Made by a program: the position numbers and the translations under genes. A DNA stretch of 64,000 bases from Bacteroidota bacterium. GTDB taxonomy: Bacteria > Bacteroidota > Bacteroidia > AKYH767-A > OLB10. The stretch lies in assembly GCA_016722525.1 (NCBI GenBank), contig JADKJB010000013.1, positions 58,914 through 122,913 on the forward strand, read 5' to 3'. Below the pieces are notes generated by a model. That model worked only from the letters and a program-made list of their open reading frames with translations, was not told the origin of the DNA and did not search any database. Each line of letters begins with the position of its first letter. The first letter of the stretch is position 1. This document shows positions 32,280 to 41,992 of the stretch, piece by piece.

Positions 32280-32804
32280 TTAAAAATCAACGATGCTTTT
32301 AAGATGATTTTCAATTGTTTTTATCGTGCCGGGTAAAATAAAATCACCATGCAAACTTAATTCATCTTTGACTCTTGCAATTGGAAGCATTTGTGGCATA
32401 ACAGTGACCCGCATATGTTGTAAGATGGATGCCATGTGGTCTAATCCTCTTATGTTACCTGCTTTGCCGGTTGCAATTCCTGTCAGAGCAGCTTTTTTAT
32501 CCTGAAAGGCTGGTCTCACATCCAAAGCATCAATAAGTAATTTAAGCACACCGGGAATGCTGCCATTGTATTCAGGAAGTATGAAAACAAATTTTTTTGT
32601 CGGATTAAAAATAGTATTCTGCATTATTTTGATACTCTCGGAATGATCACTATACATGGTTCCAGTGATGAAATCAAAACGAATGTCCTCCAAAGATAAA
32701 TATCGCGTTGTAGGGTAAATAGACCTGAGTCTGTTATAATAAATTGACGAAACAACCCTCGTAAGGCTGTCTGATTTGTTGGTGCCTGATATAACGGTAA
32801 TCAT
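32280..32804 (-). CDS. NAD(P)H-dependent FMN reductase family oxidoreductase
   Basis: The sequence shows MITVISGTNKSDSLT... and FVFILPEYNGSIPGVLKLLID, typical of the FMN_red family. It lies downstream of marR on the same strand. Confidence 0.85.
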   Translation of the reverse strand: MITVISGTNKSDSLTRVVSSIYYNRLRSIYPTTRYLSLEDIRFDFITGTMYSDHSESIKIMQNTIFNPTKKFVFILPEYNGSIPGVLKLLIDALDVRPAFQDKKAALTGIATGKAGNIRGLDHMASILQHMRVTVMPQMLPIARVKDELSLHGDFILPGTIKTIENHLKSIVDF

Positions 32805-32817
32805 AGGGTAAAACAGG

Positions 32818-33271
32818 TTATCCTCTTAATTTATCAAGTAGATGATTGAGTTGTTTCGATTCTTCTTTCGACAAGTTTTTTAAATTAGCATCAAGTGAAT
32901 TTTGCTGCTCATCGATTTCTTTTAATGTTAAAAGTCCTTTTTCTGAAATGCGTACATTGACTGCCCGTTTGTCTGATTCATTAACACAACGATTTACAAA
33001 AGCCCTTTTGTTCAAGTCTGTCCACCAACCGCGAAGCATTGCTGCTTTTATCTATCATTCGATCTATTAATATATTAATGGTGGCAGGGTTTGGATGCTG
33101 TCCCCTTAATATTCTCAGAATGTTGAATTGTTGTGGTGTAAGTTTGTAGGGTTTGAGTTGTTGGGTGTGTTGTAGATCAATCCAGGATGCAGTATATAAT
33201 ATGTTGACTGCCATCTTGTGGTATTCTGAATGGAACTTTTGATTTTGTTTTATCGCTTTTTCTATTTCCAT
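32818..33271 (-). pseudogene. MarR family transcriptional regulator, one frame break as sequenced
   Basis: The N-terminal ORF (LTPQQFNILRILRGQHPNPATINILIDRMIDKSSNASRLVDRLEQKG) continues in the second ORF (VNRCVNESDKRAVNVRISEKGLLTLKE). The break is at A4 32998-33001, which is T4 on the coding strand. Confidence 0.85.
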
Positions 33272-33386
33272 AACGTCATTAGTAGTGTTGGGCTTGCTTC
33301 ATGATGATGCAGGTTCAAACAACATGTACTTTATTAATTCTGCATATTGAAAAAATTAATTTACAAATAGTTTATTTCTTAATTAG

Positions 33387-33401
33387 TTCATTTGAAATGA
33401 A
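33387..33401. promoter_or_regulatory. Palindrome TTCATT-TGA-AATGAA in the marR/radical-SAM divergent intergenic region (candidate MarR site)
   Basis: A perfect 6-bp inverted repeat with a 3-nt spacer. It is embedded in a larger imperfect palindrome, TTAATTAGTTCATTTGAAATGAATTAAGTTA. Confidence 0.3.
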
Positions 33402-33476
33402 TTAAGTTATTTGCAAGTTTTTTTTTATCAATTGGGCAAAGTTAACCAATTTATATGTTATGACATGTAAATGGTG

Positions 33477-33484
33477 TAACTTTG
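33477..33484 (+). promoter_or_regulatory. -7 box TAACTTTG upstream of the radical SAM gene
   Basis: It matches TAnnTTTG. It lies 20 nt upstream of the ATG at 33504 and 68 nt upstream of the ATG at 33552. Confidence 0.4.
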
Positions 33485-33551
33485 TGAAAGTTCACCTGTT
33501 TTTATGTATCTTGGCGTTGATTTCATACCTCAAAGAATATTTCCTACTCAC

Positions 33552-35060
33552 ATGGCTGGCAAAGATGTAATCTTATTTAATCCCCGGAGTAATCATTATA
33601 AACCCAGATTGCCGAATTCAATTTTGCAAGTTGCTGCTTCTATCGAAGGAACTCGTGATTATGTTATTGTTGATGGTAACTTGGAAGCAGATCCGTGGCA
33701 AAAAATTCAATCCTATCTGAAGGAAGGACGATTTGGATACTTTGGTTGTACCGTTATGCCAGGACCACAACTGCAGCAAGCGATTCCCTTTACAATTAAT
33801 ATCAAAAAATTATTTCCTGAAATTAAAATAATCTGGGGCGGTTATTTTGCAAGCAATCAATATAAGTCAGCTATCAAATCCGATGCAGTTGACTTTATAG
33901 TTAACGGCCCGGGAGATAAGGCATTTCCTCTGTTATTAGATGCAATTGAAAGTGGGGGAGACCCAGGCTTGGTACCAAATCTAATCATTAAGAAGGAGGG
34001 CAAAATTGTATTTACACGGAAGGATGAAATTTATGATCAGGATACATTGCCGTCTTTTAATTATGAAAAATTAAATACTTTTTATCCGGTAGAAAGTTAT
34101 TTAGGCAATACTTACCTTGGAAAAAAAACAATTGCATATCACTCCAGTTTTGGCTGCCCTTTTACATGTTCTTTTTGTGCAGTAGTTCCTATTTATAATG
34201 CGCGGTGGAAAGGTAAATCAGCAGAATTGATATATAAAGATATCAGGTTGCTCAAGGATCGGTTTGGTGGCGACGCTATCGAGTTTCATGATAATAATTT
34301 TTTCGTTTCTGAAAAAAGAACTGTTGAATTTGCTAAACTGATCAAACCCGATAATATTTCATGGTGGGGTGAAGGTCGAATAGATACTTTAAATAAATAT
34401 TCCGATGAGTCGCTTCAGTTGATGAAGGATTCAGGGTGTAAGATGATATTTTTTGGTGCCGAAACCGGCAATGATGCCGTGTTGAAGGAAATGGACAAGG
34501 GTGGGACCCAAACCGGAGCTCAGATTCTGGAGTTTGCCGCTCGCTTGAGAAAATCAGGGATCATCCCTGAATATTCTTTTGTCCTTGGCACTCCGGCAGC
34601 TACCGAAAAAGAAGTATATGAACGCATTAAAGGTGATATCGCTTTTATACGCAAAGTGAAAGAAGTTAATCCGGATACCGAAATTATAATTTATGTTTAT
34701 AGCCCTGTTCCAACTGAGGGTTCTGAAATGTATGAACAGGTTAAAAAGGCCGGCTTTAAATTTCCAGAAAAATTAGAGGAATGGTTGGATCCTGCATGGG
34801 CAAACTTTGATTTGCGCAAAAATCCACTTACCCCCTGGCTGAAACCTTATATGATTGATTTGATCATGAATTTTGAAACGGTGCTCAACGGTTATTATCC
34901 TACTGTTTCTGATTTTAAAATGTCAGAATTCCAAAGAAAATTTATGAAGTTTTTTTCTACCACCAGATATCATGCAGGTATTTATTCACTTCCTTATGAG
35001 ATAAAAGCACTTCAAAAGTTCTGGCTTCGCTACCGCCAACCTGAATGGGAAGGATTTTAG
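33552..35060 (+). CDS. B12-binding-domain radical SAM protein (class B rSAM)
   Basis: The N-terminal Rossmann-like B12-binding region is DVILFNPRS...YVIVDGNLE. The radical SAM cluster motif is CPFTCSFC (CX3CX2C). The start could instead be the ATG at 33504. Confidence 0.85.
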   Translation: MAGKDVILFNPRSNHYKPRLPNSILQVAASIEGTRDYVIVDGNLEADPWQKIQSYLKEGRFGYFGCTVMPGPQLQQAIPFTINIKKLFPEIKIIWGGYFASNQYKSAIKSDAVDFIVNGPGDKAFPLLLDAIESGGDPGLVPNLIIKKEGKIVFTRKDEIYDQDTLPSFNYEKLNTFYPVESYLGNTYLGKKTIAYHSSFGCPFTCSFCAVVPIYNARWKGKSAELIYKDIRLLKDRFGGDAIEFHDNNFFVSEKRTVEFAKLIKPDNISWWGEGRIDTLNKYSDESLQLMKDSGCKMIFFGAETGNDAVLKEMDKGGTQTGAQILEFAARLRKSGIIPEYSFVLGTPAATEKEVYERIKGDIAFIRKVKEVNPDTEIIIYVYSPVPTEGSEMYEQVKKAGFKFPEKLEEWLDPAWANFDLRKNPLTPWLKPYMIDLIMNFETVLNGYYPTVSDFKMSEFQRKFMKFFSTTRYHAGIYSLPYEIKALQKFWLRYRQPEWEGF

Positions 35061-35090
35061 TTTTATCTTTTTCCTGGTAGTAAAATAATG

Positions 35091-35537
35091 CTAATCGCTA
35101 TGTTCATGTGTTAAAAGTGATTTTAAATCTGAAGGCAGTAAATTCCGTATTAAATCAGCCTCAGTGACAGATTTTTGATGCAGAAGTGTCTGAAAAACGG
35201 CAACAATTGTTTCGCGCACTTCGTGCTCACTCAATAAATCGTTCCATCCAGAGTGCTTATCTTCTTTTATTACCTCTGCAATAAAATCGTCAAGATTATT
35301 TATTTTTTGAAACTTTAAATGGAATTTCCATCCATCAGCATAAATGGCTTTCAATGCCATTGGAAGTTGTGCAAGTAACTCAAACGATGCTTCATAGGTT
35401 AATCTGTTGCGAATCGCCCGTAAAACGCAACGAATCATGCGACCTGTCTTATCTGTATCGGTGGCATTTATTTTTGTAGATACCTCTTCTATGAATTCAT
35501 ATCCCTTGCGTGCGTATGAGTAAAAGTGTAATGACAT
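35091..35537 (-). CDS. DUF2267 domain protein
   Basis: The protein starts MSLHFYSYARKGYEFIEEVS. Two-repeat DUF2267-like organisation is seen (RCVLRAIRNRLTYEASFELLAQLP, IVAVFQTLLHQ). This call rests on recognition from memory. Confidence 0.65.
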   Translation of the reverse strand: MSLHFYSYARKGYEFIEEVSTKINATDTDKTGRMIRCVLRAIRNRLTYEASFELLAQLPMALKAIYADGWKFHLKFQKINNLDDFIAEVIKEDKHSGWNDLLSEHEVRETIVAVFQTLLHQKSVTEADLIRNLLPSDLKSLLTHEHSD

Positions 35538-35717
35538 TTTGCAATTCTTCTTGTATTTAAACAAAAATACAAGAGAAAAAAAAATGTATTGATGACCTCA
35601 ATCATTTCTGATTATGATCTTTATCATAACTTGAAAAATGAAATGTATCAGCAATTCTGTTTTTAAAAGACAATTTACTACTTAGTTGTCTAAAAAATAA
35701 AGCAGAAAACCTAAATT

Positions 35718-36857
35718 TTACTTTAACAATTCTCTTGCAATAACCATTTTCTGGATTTCAGAAGTACCTTCACCAATAGTACAAAGTTTTGAGTCACGAT
35801 AAAATTTTTCAACTGGAAAATCCTTAGTGTATCCATAACCTCCAAAAATTTGTACGGCTTCAGTGGCTACTCTTACACATACTTCAGAAGCATAGTACTT
35901 AGCAAAAGCTGATTCTTTGGTAACTTTTTCGCCCCGGTTTTTTAAGTCTGCCGATTGCATTATTAAAAGCTCTGAGGCCTCTATTTCAGTTGCCATATCT
36001 GCAAGTTTAAAGCTGATAGCTTGAAATTCAGAAATGGGTTTTCCAAACTGCTGACGTTCTTTTGAATATTTTAAAGAAGCATCAAACGCTCCTTTTGCAA
36101 TTCCTAATGAAAGCGCAGCAATAGAAATTCTACCACCATCTAATACTTTCATAGCCTGAATAAAACCATCTCCAATTAGCCCTAAAACCTGATCTTGATG
36201 AACCTTACAATCTTCAAATATCATTTCAGCGGTTTCGGATGCACGCATACCAAGCTTATTTTCTTTTTTACCACCTCTGAATCCTGGCGTACCTCGTTCT
36301 ACTACAAAAGCAGTAATGCCTCTGGAATCTAATAAATCGCCGGTTCGGGCTAAAACAACAGCTACATCTCCACTTTTTCCATGGGTGATCCAGTTTTTTG
36401 CCCCATTTATAATCCAAAAGTCACCCTCTTTTTTTGCTATACATTGCATTCGCATAGCATCGCTACCGGTATTTGCTTCGGTAAGTCCCCAGGCGCCAAT
36501 GTGCTCAGCGGTAGCTAGTTTTGGTAAATATTTTTTCTTTTGTGCCTCATTGCCAAATTGCAAAATATGCCCTGTACAAAGTGAATTATGTGCTGCCATG
36601 GAAAGTCCGATGGAACCACAAACGCGTGATAATTCCGAAATGGCTGTAGCGTATTCAAAATAACCTAACCCGGCACCACCATATTCTGTCGGAACCAAAA
36701 CTCCCATCAGGCCTAATTCACCTAACTTTTTGAAAACCTCAACAGGGAACTCCTGTGACTCATCCCATTCCATCATTTTTGGACGAATGTGCTTGTCGGC
36801 AAAATCACGTATAGTTTGAGTAATGAGTTGTTGGTTTTCGTTTTGCTGAAATTCCAT
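35718..36857 (-). CDS. Acyl-CoA dehydrogenase (short/medium-chain type)
   Basis: Intact 379-aa ORF. Motifs include GLTEANTGSDA, WITHG, QIFGGYGY and YRDSKLCTIGEGTSEIQ. Confidence 0.93.
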   Translation of the reverse strand: MEFQQNENQQLITQTIRDFADKHIRPKMMEWDESQEFPVEVFKKLGELGLMGVLVPTEYGGAGLGYFEYATAISELSRVCGSIGLSMAAHNSLCTGHILQFGNEAQKKKYLPKLATAEHIGAWGLTEANTGSDAMRMQCIAKKEGDFWIINGAKNWITHGKSGDVAVVLARTGDLLDSRGITAFVVERGTPGFRGGKKENKLGMRASETAEMIFEDCKVHQDQVLGLIGDGFIQAMKVLDGGRISIAALSLGIAKGAFDASLKYSKERQQFGKPISEFQAISFKLADMATEIEASELLIMQSADLKNRGEKVTKESAFAKYYASEVCVRVATEAVQIFGGYGYTKDFPVEKFYRDSKLCTIGEGTSEIQKMVIARELLK

Positions 36858-36928
36858 AGGGTAGATGCTATTGAATGGGAGAATTAATTAGAAAATTTTG
36901 GTAACTGTTCCTGATTGAGCCCGCGAAA

Positions 36929-37843
36929 TTATTCAAAAGCCACGTAAGGAACAAGTTTTGAATACATTTCATGGTCTATTTGTGTAATAATCTCTAACTC
37001 TTTGATGCCTCTAATCGCTCCATGTTGCTTTCGATATGACTGAATGATTCTGGAAGTTTGTTTCGAAAGATAGGGGTGTTTGATCAGTTCACTGTTTATA
37101 TTTATTTTATGGATGAGCAGGGTATCAATAAAAAGAAAGGGTGCTATTTCTTTTAATGTTACAGAATCAATGGTAAATACCTCCAGCAATTGATTAAGAT
37201 CATAAAACCCTCCTAGTGCTTCTCTGTATTTATAAATCATTCTCGCTCTTCCCGGTCCCACTAAAGGTAGTTCTGCTAATTGAATAGTGTCGGCATTGTT
37301 AAGATTAATCTGTGTTATAACCTTTTTGCTTTTAGGTTTGTTTTTAAAGTGCTCTTTTTTGTCTGAAAGGTCCTCCGGAATAGAAATGTAGGGCGCTAGT
37401 TTCAAATACATTTCAGATGAAATCCCATATATTTTGGATAATGTCTCCTTAGATTCGAAGGATCCGCCTTTGTGGAGGTAATTTCTGATAATACGTACCT
37501 GTTTTTGTGACAATCCCATTGCCATCCATTGCGCATCAGTGATAGTATTAGGATTGAATTTGGTTAGAGGCAGTTCCGCTGTAGGAATAGCTCTCTTTTG
37601 AAAATCCGCATCCCATTTTTTTTCAGTTATAGAATCAATGTTCTGCATTTCTTTTTCAAATTGGTATAGTTTCATGGCATGGGGCTCCAACAGTATCGAT
37701 GGGGGTGAACGCGTGTAGTTCTTCCAGATGATTGTAGCTAATTGCAGAAAGATAATTAGTGACAAAACAAATGCACCCCTCCGCTCACGGCTGGTAAGTG
37801 TAAAGTAGTCCCTTAAAAAGGATTTAAATTTTGAACGACTCAT
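36929..37843 (-). CDS. Helix-hairpin-helix repeat protein (ComEA-like DNA-binding domains) with N-terminal membrane anchor
   Basis: The TM segment is GAFVLSLIIFLQLATII. Three HhH-like modules are present (NTITDAQWMAMGLSQKQVRII, NNADTIQLAELPLVGPGRARMI, and a C-terminal module). The start choice is uncertain (37867 or 37843). Confidence 0.7.
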   Translation of the reverse strand: MSRSKFKSFLRDYFTLTSRERRGAFVLSLIIFLQLATIIWKNYTRSPPSILLEPHAMKLYQFEKEMQNIDSITEKKWDADFQKRAIPTAELPLTKFNPNTITDAQWMAMGLSQKQVRIIRNYLHKGGSFESKETLSKIYGISSEMYLKLAPYISIPEDLSDKKEHFKNKPKSKKVITQINLNNADTIQLAELPLVGPGRARMIYKYREALGGFYDLNQLLEVFTIDSVTLKEIAPFLFIDTLLIHKININSELIKHPYLSKQTSRIIQSYRKQHGAIRGIKELEIITQIDHEMYSKLVPYVAFE

Positions 37844-37957
37844 TTTGAAAAGTTTTAAAAACTGCACTAAAAAGCAGATTGCGTAGAGTATTAATTTAGT
37901 TGTACTTTTTTATATTAACAGTTCGCATTTGATATAAATGATTTTAGAAAATAAGCT

Positions 37958-37993
37958 TAAAAAAGAGACTGTCCTAATTGACAGTCTCTTTTT
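37958..37993 (-). terminator. Rho-independent terminator after the TSP3/OmpA gene
   Basis: AGAGACTGTC (37964-37973) pairs with GACAGTCTCT (37980-37989). It is flanked by an A-run and a T-run, giving a T6 tail on the minus strand. Confidence 0.8.
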
Positions 37994-38009
37994 ACCTGAA
38001 CTGATTTTT

Positions 38010-40337
38010 TTATTCGAAAAGAAGGAACTCTACTCTTCTATTCTTTGCTCTTCCCTCAGCTGTTGCGTTTGTTGATACAGGCTTATCTTTACCATAGCCT
38101 TTAGTTTGAATTCTGGAAATATCAACACCTTTATTGCCAAGATAAGTTTTTGCGGCATCAGCACGTTTCTGTGAGAGTGTTTTGTTCATAGCTGCTGAAC
38201 CGGTATTATCAGTATGTCCATCAATATTCAACTTAAATGAAGGCTTTTTATTCATCAAGAGCGCTAATGCATCCAAAGAAGAATAAGATGTTTCTTTAAT
38301 AACGGCTTTTCCTGTTTCAAATTGAAGGTTAGAGAAAACCTTGTTGATTACTTCTTGTTCTTCTTCGGTTAATTTAGCTGGTACTGCCACTGCTGGAGCC
38401 TGAGTTATTTTTACAGGGCAACCTTTGTTTGATATAGGGCCTACATCAAAAGGGCAATCGTCTTTATTGTCTGGTAAACCATCTCCATCCGAATCAGGAC
38501 ATCCTTTATACTCCGGCAATCCTTTGTTAGTAGGGCAATCATCCTGTGGATCAGGAATACTGTCACCATCAGTGTCAGGGCAACCTTTATATAGTGCTAA
38601 GCCAGGAATGGAAGGGCACTCATCTTCAGAGTCCTTAATTCCATCACTATCGGTATCCGGACATCCATTGAATTGATGAAGTCCTTTTGTAGTAGGACAC
38701 TCATCTTTTCCATCAATAATTCCATCACCATCACCGTCCGGACATCCTGCCAAAGCTACCAGTCCTTTGGTGTCTGGGCATTGGTCAATTGCATCTGGAA
38801 CATCATCGCCATCTCTGTCAGGGCAACCTTCAAATTTTAAAATACCAGCTATTTCGCGACATTTATCCTTTGCATCTGATACCCTGTCGCCATCGTAATC
38901 ACGAATACGCTCCTTATTCATTGAGAATTTGAGTCCTGCATAAACATCCATCCCATTCAAATCGCCTAAACCAAACAATGTTCCAACCCGATCACTACCA
39001 ATGAAGAAACTGGCGAAACGCATCGAAAGACCTACCCGACTAATTTGACCAGTATAATTGTAATAAGAAATAGGTACACTCACATCAAACCATGGAGTCT
39101 CATATCTGGGAGTCAGTGCTACTACACTTGCCCGGTCTACACCTGGTTTTTTACTTTCAAGTCCATATATGTAGCTGGCATTAACATAGAATTTCTTATA
39201 CGCATTCCAATCAACCTGCAAGCTTAATGCAGCAGGCAAATTCATTTTAAAATCCGCTTTTCTGAAAGAAGCAAGTGAATCATTGTCATAAAAAATAGCA
39301 CTCATTGTTTTATCAAAATCGATATTGTCATCAAAATTGTCAGTATCATAATTACGGTAATAAGCTTCATCAGCAGTTTCAAGATGGTAGGTCCCTGCAT
39401 TATCTTTGAAATTAATTTTGCCAAAATCCAGTAAGGATAATCCCAATCTTAATTTATAGCGGTTCAGGGTAGGGTCACTTTGTTTTTTTCCATCCATTTC
39501 ATATTGCCAACTGGCTGGATCTTTGAGGAAATCATAGGTGAAACCAATGTCAAATCCGAAACCGGTACCATTTATCATATCTCCATAGCTATTCAAATTA
39601 TCAAAGGAGTTATAATCGGTACGACCATAGTCAATGGAAGAACCGGGTAAAAAAACCATATCCGAATCATTCAAAACATTGTACTGTATATTAGCGTTTT
39701 CGGCATAGGCGCCGGCCAGTCCATTCAGTAACTTTAATGTAACTCCTCCTGTAAGGGAGCCCTGTTCATTTTCTGTTAAAGTGGTTGCGTATGACAAACC
39801 ATACTCTAACCAACTCAAAATATTTAATTGAAAATCTTTTGCATCGAAAACATTGTTATGTAACGGATCATAACCTAAACCTTCCACAGCATATTTACCA
39901 ATACTTCCTTGAACATCATTTGCCGAAACTGCAGTCCTCCATTGTGATGTTATGGCAAAAGAGTGCTTGTTTTTAATATTAAACATCACACCGGGTCCCA
40001 TAATTGATAATGCTACAGAGGCATTGTAGGTATCATTGGCTTTGCTAAATGTAAATTCATCCAGATATTCTTTATCATTAAATTTATTGAGTATGTTACC
40101 AATGCCAAAGAATTTAAGTTCTTCTTTAGGCAGGTAAATAAAATCATTTTCAATGGTGGCTGAAAGACCGATAATGTTAACATCAATATCAAGTCTGGAT
40201 GTATGTATGGAAGCAGGGTTGATGCCCAGTCCTTGTATTCCTGAATAATTGGAATTTCTGTATCCCAACATATCCTGAGCCTCTAAACTTCCCTGAATCA
40301 AAAGGCTTATTAGAAACAATGGTAAGAATTTTTTCAT
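38010..40337 (-). CDS. OmpA-family outer-membrane protein: N-terminal beta-barrel-like domain, about 8 thrombospondin type-3 (Ca-binding) repeats, C-terminal OmpA peptidoglycan-binding domain
   Basis: A signal peptide is present. Repeated D.D.DG..D..D.CP motifs include CPDRDGDDVPDAIDQCP and CPDGDGDGIIDGKDECP. The OmpA_C region is NIDGHTDNTGSAAMNKTLSQKRADAAKTYL...NRRVEF. Confidence 0.92.
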   Translation of the reverse strand: MKKFLPLFLISLLIQGSLEAQDMLGYRNSNYSGIQGLGINPASIHTSRLDIDVNIIGLSATIENDFIYLPKEELKFFGIGNILNKFNDKEYLDEFTFSKANDTYNASVALSIMGPGVMFNIKNKHSFAITSQWRTAVSANDVQGSIGKYAVEGLGYDPLHNNVFDAKDFQLNILSWLEYGLSYATTLTENEQGSLTGGVTLKLLNGLAGAYAENANIQYNVLNDSDMVFLPGSSIDYGRTDYNSFDNLNSYGDMINGTGFGFDIGFTYDFLKDPASWQYEMDGKKQSDPTLNRYKLRLGLSLLDFGKINFKDNAGTYHLETADEAYYRNYDTDNFDDNIDFDKTMSAIFYDNDSLASFRKADFKMNLPAALSLQVDWNAYKKFYVNASYIYGLESKKPGVDRASVVALTPRYETPWFDVSVPISYYNYTGQISRVGLSMRFASFFIGSDRVGTLFGLGDLNGMDVYAGLKFSMNKERIRDYDGDRVSDAKDKCREIAGILKFEGCPDRDGDDVPDAIDQCPDTKGLVALAGCPDGDGDGIIDGKDECPTTKGLHQFNGCPDTDSDGIKDSEDECPSIPGLALYKGCPDTDGDSIPDPQDDCPTNKGLPEYKGCPDSDGDGLPDNKDDCPFDVGPISNKGCPVKITQAPAVAVPAKLTEEEQEVINKVFSNLQFETGKAVIKETSYSSLDALALLMNKKPSFKLNIDGHTDNTGSAAMNKTLSQKRADAAKTYLGNKGVDISRIQTKGYGKDKPVSTNATAEGRAKNRRVEFLLFE

Positions 40338-40385
40338 AAAGTGCTTTTTTTGGTCTTTAAAAGTAGGAATTCAGAATTGAATCAC

Positions 40386-40393
40386 CAAAAATA
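40386..40393 (-). promoter_or_regulatory. -7 box TATTTTTG upstream of the TSP3/OmpA gene
   Basis: The plus strand reads CAAAAATA. It lies 49 nt upstream of the ATG at 40337. Confidence 0.35.
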
Positions 40394-40432
40394 TTTTTAT
40401 GATAGTTATCAGTTTTTACATGAATCAAAAAA

Positions 40433-41158
40433 TCAGGGACTTTTTTTGGCCTTTACGTCATCAAAAATTGATTTTGCTCTACCCTGATTTACAAAGTATT
40501 CAAGGTAACTTATTGTTACTGTTCCTTTTGAATTTTTTAATTTTTTATCTTTATTGGGTGTTGATTCGAAATCACCCGTAAGACCAAGAGGTAATTCATT
40601 TTTTCTTAAGTCAAAAGTGAATAGGATCTGATCGGGAAGATCAAACTTTTTTATTGGAGTCCCAAATTTAAAAACCATCGAAATGGTGCCCTCGTTTTTA
40701 GTAGTTGATTCCAATTTTCGTATTACATTTCTTTCCACATCTACCCAAACAGTAGATAAAATCACCTCATCCTGCTCATTGTCGGGAATTATTTTGATGA
40801 CATGAGTGGCTATAGTTTCTATTTTTTCTTCACGGATATAAATGGCTGTATAGTTACCTTTAAATACTTGATTGGGTGTGAAATTCATGCCTCTTTTAGG
40901 CAATAATGAAAAGCCTGGGGTTTTGACCTTTATTTTGTCGGGTTGCATAAACCATATCGTACCTTTTTTAATAGGTATTTTGATAAAATCAACGTCTACT
41001 TTTATGGTAACATTGGCTTCATATTCATTAATAATTTGAAATTTCTTACTTACCCGGCCTAATATTTCCTGAGCATTTTTCTCTTGGGCATTTATTGATG
41101 TAGAAAAAAACTGGCAACTAATTAGAGCTATATAATATAGTACACTTCTGAATATCAT
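40433..41158 (-). CDS. LolA-like / outer-membrane lipoprotein-sorting-fold protein (tentative), secreted
   Basis: A signal peptide is present. Its size (241 aa) and beta-rich sequence begin AQEILGRVSKKFQIINEYEANVTIKVD, as in LolA/LppX-like half-barrels. The start overlaps the permease stop (ATGA). Confidence 0.5.
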   Translation of the reverse strand: MIFRSVLYYIALISCQFFSTSINAQEKNAQEILGRVSKKFQIINEYEANVTIKVDVDFIKIPIKKGTIWFMQPDKIKVKTPGFSLLPKRGMNFTPNQVFKGNYTAIYIREEKIETIATHVIKIIPDNEQDEVILSTVWVDVERNVIRKLESTTKNEGTISMVFKFGTPIKKFDLPDQILFTFDLRKNELPLGLTGDFESTPNKDKKLKNSKGTVTISYLEYFVNQGRAKSIFDDVKAKKSP

Positions 41159-41991
41159 GTTAAAATGTCTTTTCGTTTGAAATGATAAATTGATATGCCC
41201 AGAAAGGCAAGGGTGTGTCCGGCTAAAACAGCAATGGCAAGCATAATTTTTCCATAATCAACAGGTGCTTCAAAGAATAATTTCCATGATCCCATATAAT
41301 TAGTGAAAAGAAATGGTTTCACCACTCTAAATAAACTCAAATCAATGGCTGATATAACAATAAAGGAAATAATTACTGTCATGGTGAGAATAATGGGACC
41401 GATAGCATTATCAGCAAAAGTTGAAAACATAAATGATAAAGAAGCAACGCACCACATTGCAATAAGTCCAAATCCAAATGCTGCAAGTAACCTCCATAAA
41501 ACATCATTCTCTGAGAATATAAAAACAGTATTTTTAATTACAATTAAATCACCTGTTCCCATAATAGCAACACCAAGTAAAATACTGATAATTGCCATAC
41601 TCAATATTAAAGCTGTTGTGTATATCATTCCGGCAAGAAATTTGGCTACTACTATTTGGGTTCTTCCGGCGCGCCTTGTTAACAATATTCGGAGCGTTCC
41701 AGAAGCGGCTTCTCCTGCAAGCAAATCTCCCGCTACCAATGCAATCAAAAATGGAATGTGAACATACAGGGTGGCTAGTATTATGTAGCTCGCCAGGTAA
41801 CCATTCAACAAATTCCCTTGAAAATCAAAGGCCTCTTTAAGGTTTTGTAAACTAAATTCAATAAAAGTTTCTCCATCAATATAAAGTGCAATCTGGATGA
41901 GGGGAACTAATAAAAAAATAGCTATGAAACCAATGTAGGTCCTTGTTTTACTGAATATTTTAAACAACTCAATTCGTACTAACGTAAACAT
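41155..41991 (-). CDS. ABC-2 family transporter permease
   Basis: Six hydrophobic segments, with no nucleotide-binding motifs. It lies 1 nt downstream of the ATPase gene and shares a 4-nt overlap with the next gene. Confidence 0.8.
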   Translation of the reverse strand: MFTLVRIELFKIFSKTRTYIGFIAIFLLVPLIQIALYIDGETFIEFSLQNLKEAFDFQGNLLNGYLASYIILATLYVHIPFLIALVAGDLLAGEAASGTLRILLTRRAGRTQIVVAKFLAGMIYTTALILSMAIISILLGVAIMGTGDLIVIKNTVFIFSENDVLWRLLAAFGFGLIAMWCVASLSFMFSTFADNAIGPIILTMTVIISFIVISAIDLSLFRVVKPFLFTNYMGSWKLFFEAPVDYGKIMLAIAVLAGHTLAFLGISIYHFKRKDILT

Positions 41992-41992
41992 A

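Noticed and set aside
33272-33551. A cobalamin riboswitch upstream of the B12-binding radical SAM gene.
   Set aside because: No B12-box-like GCCACTG core or GC-rich multi-stem structure is visible, and the region is plain AT-rich DNA. This should still be confirmed with cmscan.
38425-38676. An 83-aa plus-strand ORF with repetitive Gly/Ser/Pro sequence.
   Set aside because: It is the antisense reading of the thrombospondin type-3 repeat array of the OmpA protein, so its periodicity is inherited from those repeats.
41303-41761. A 152-aa plus-strand ORF.
   Set aside because: It is antisense to the ABC-2 permease. Its hydrophobic mirror sequence has no independent support.
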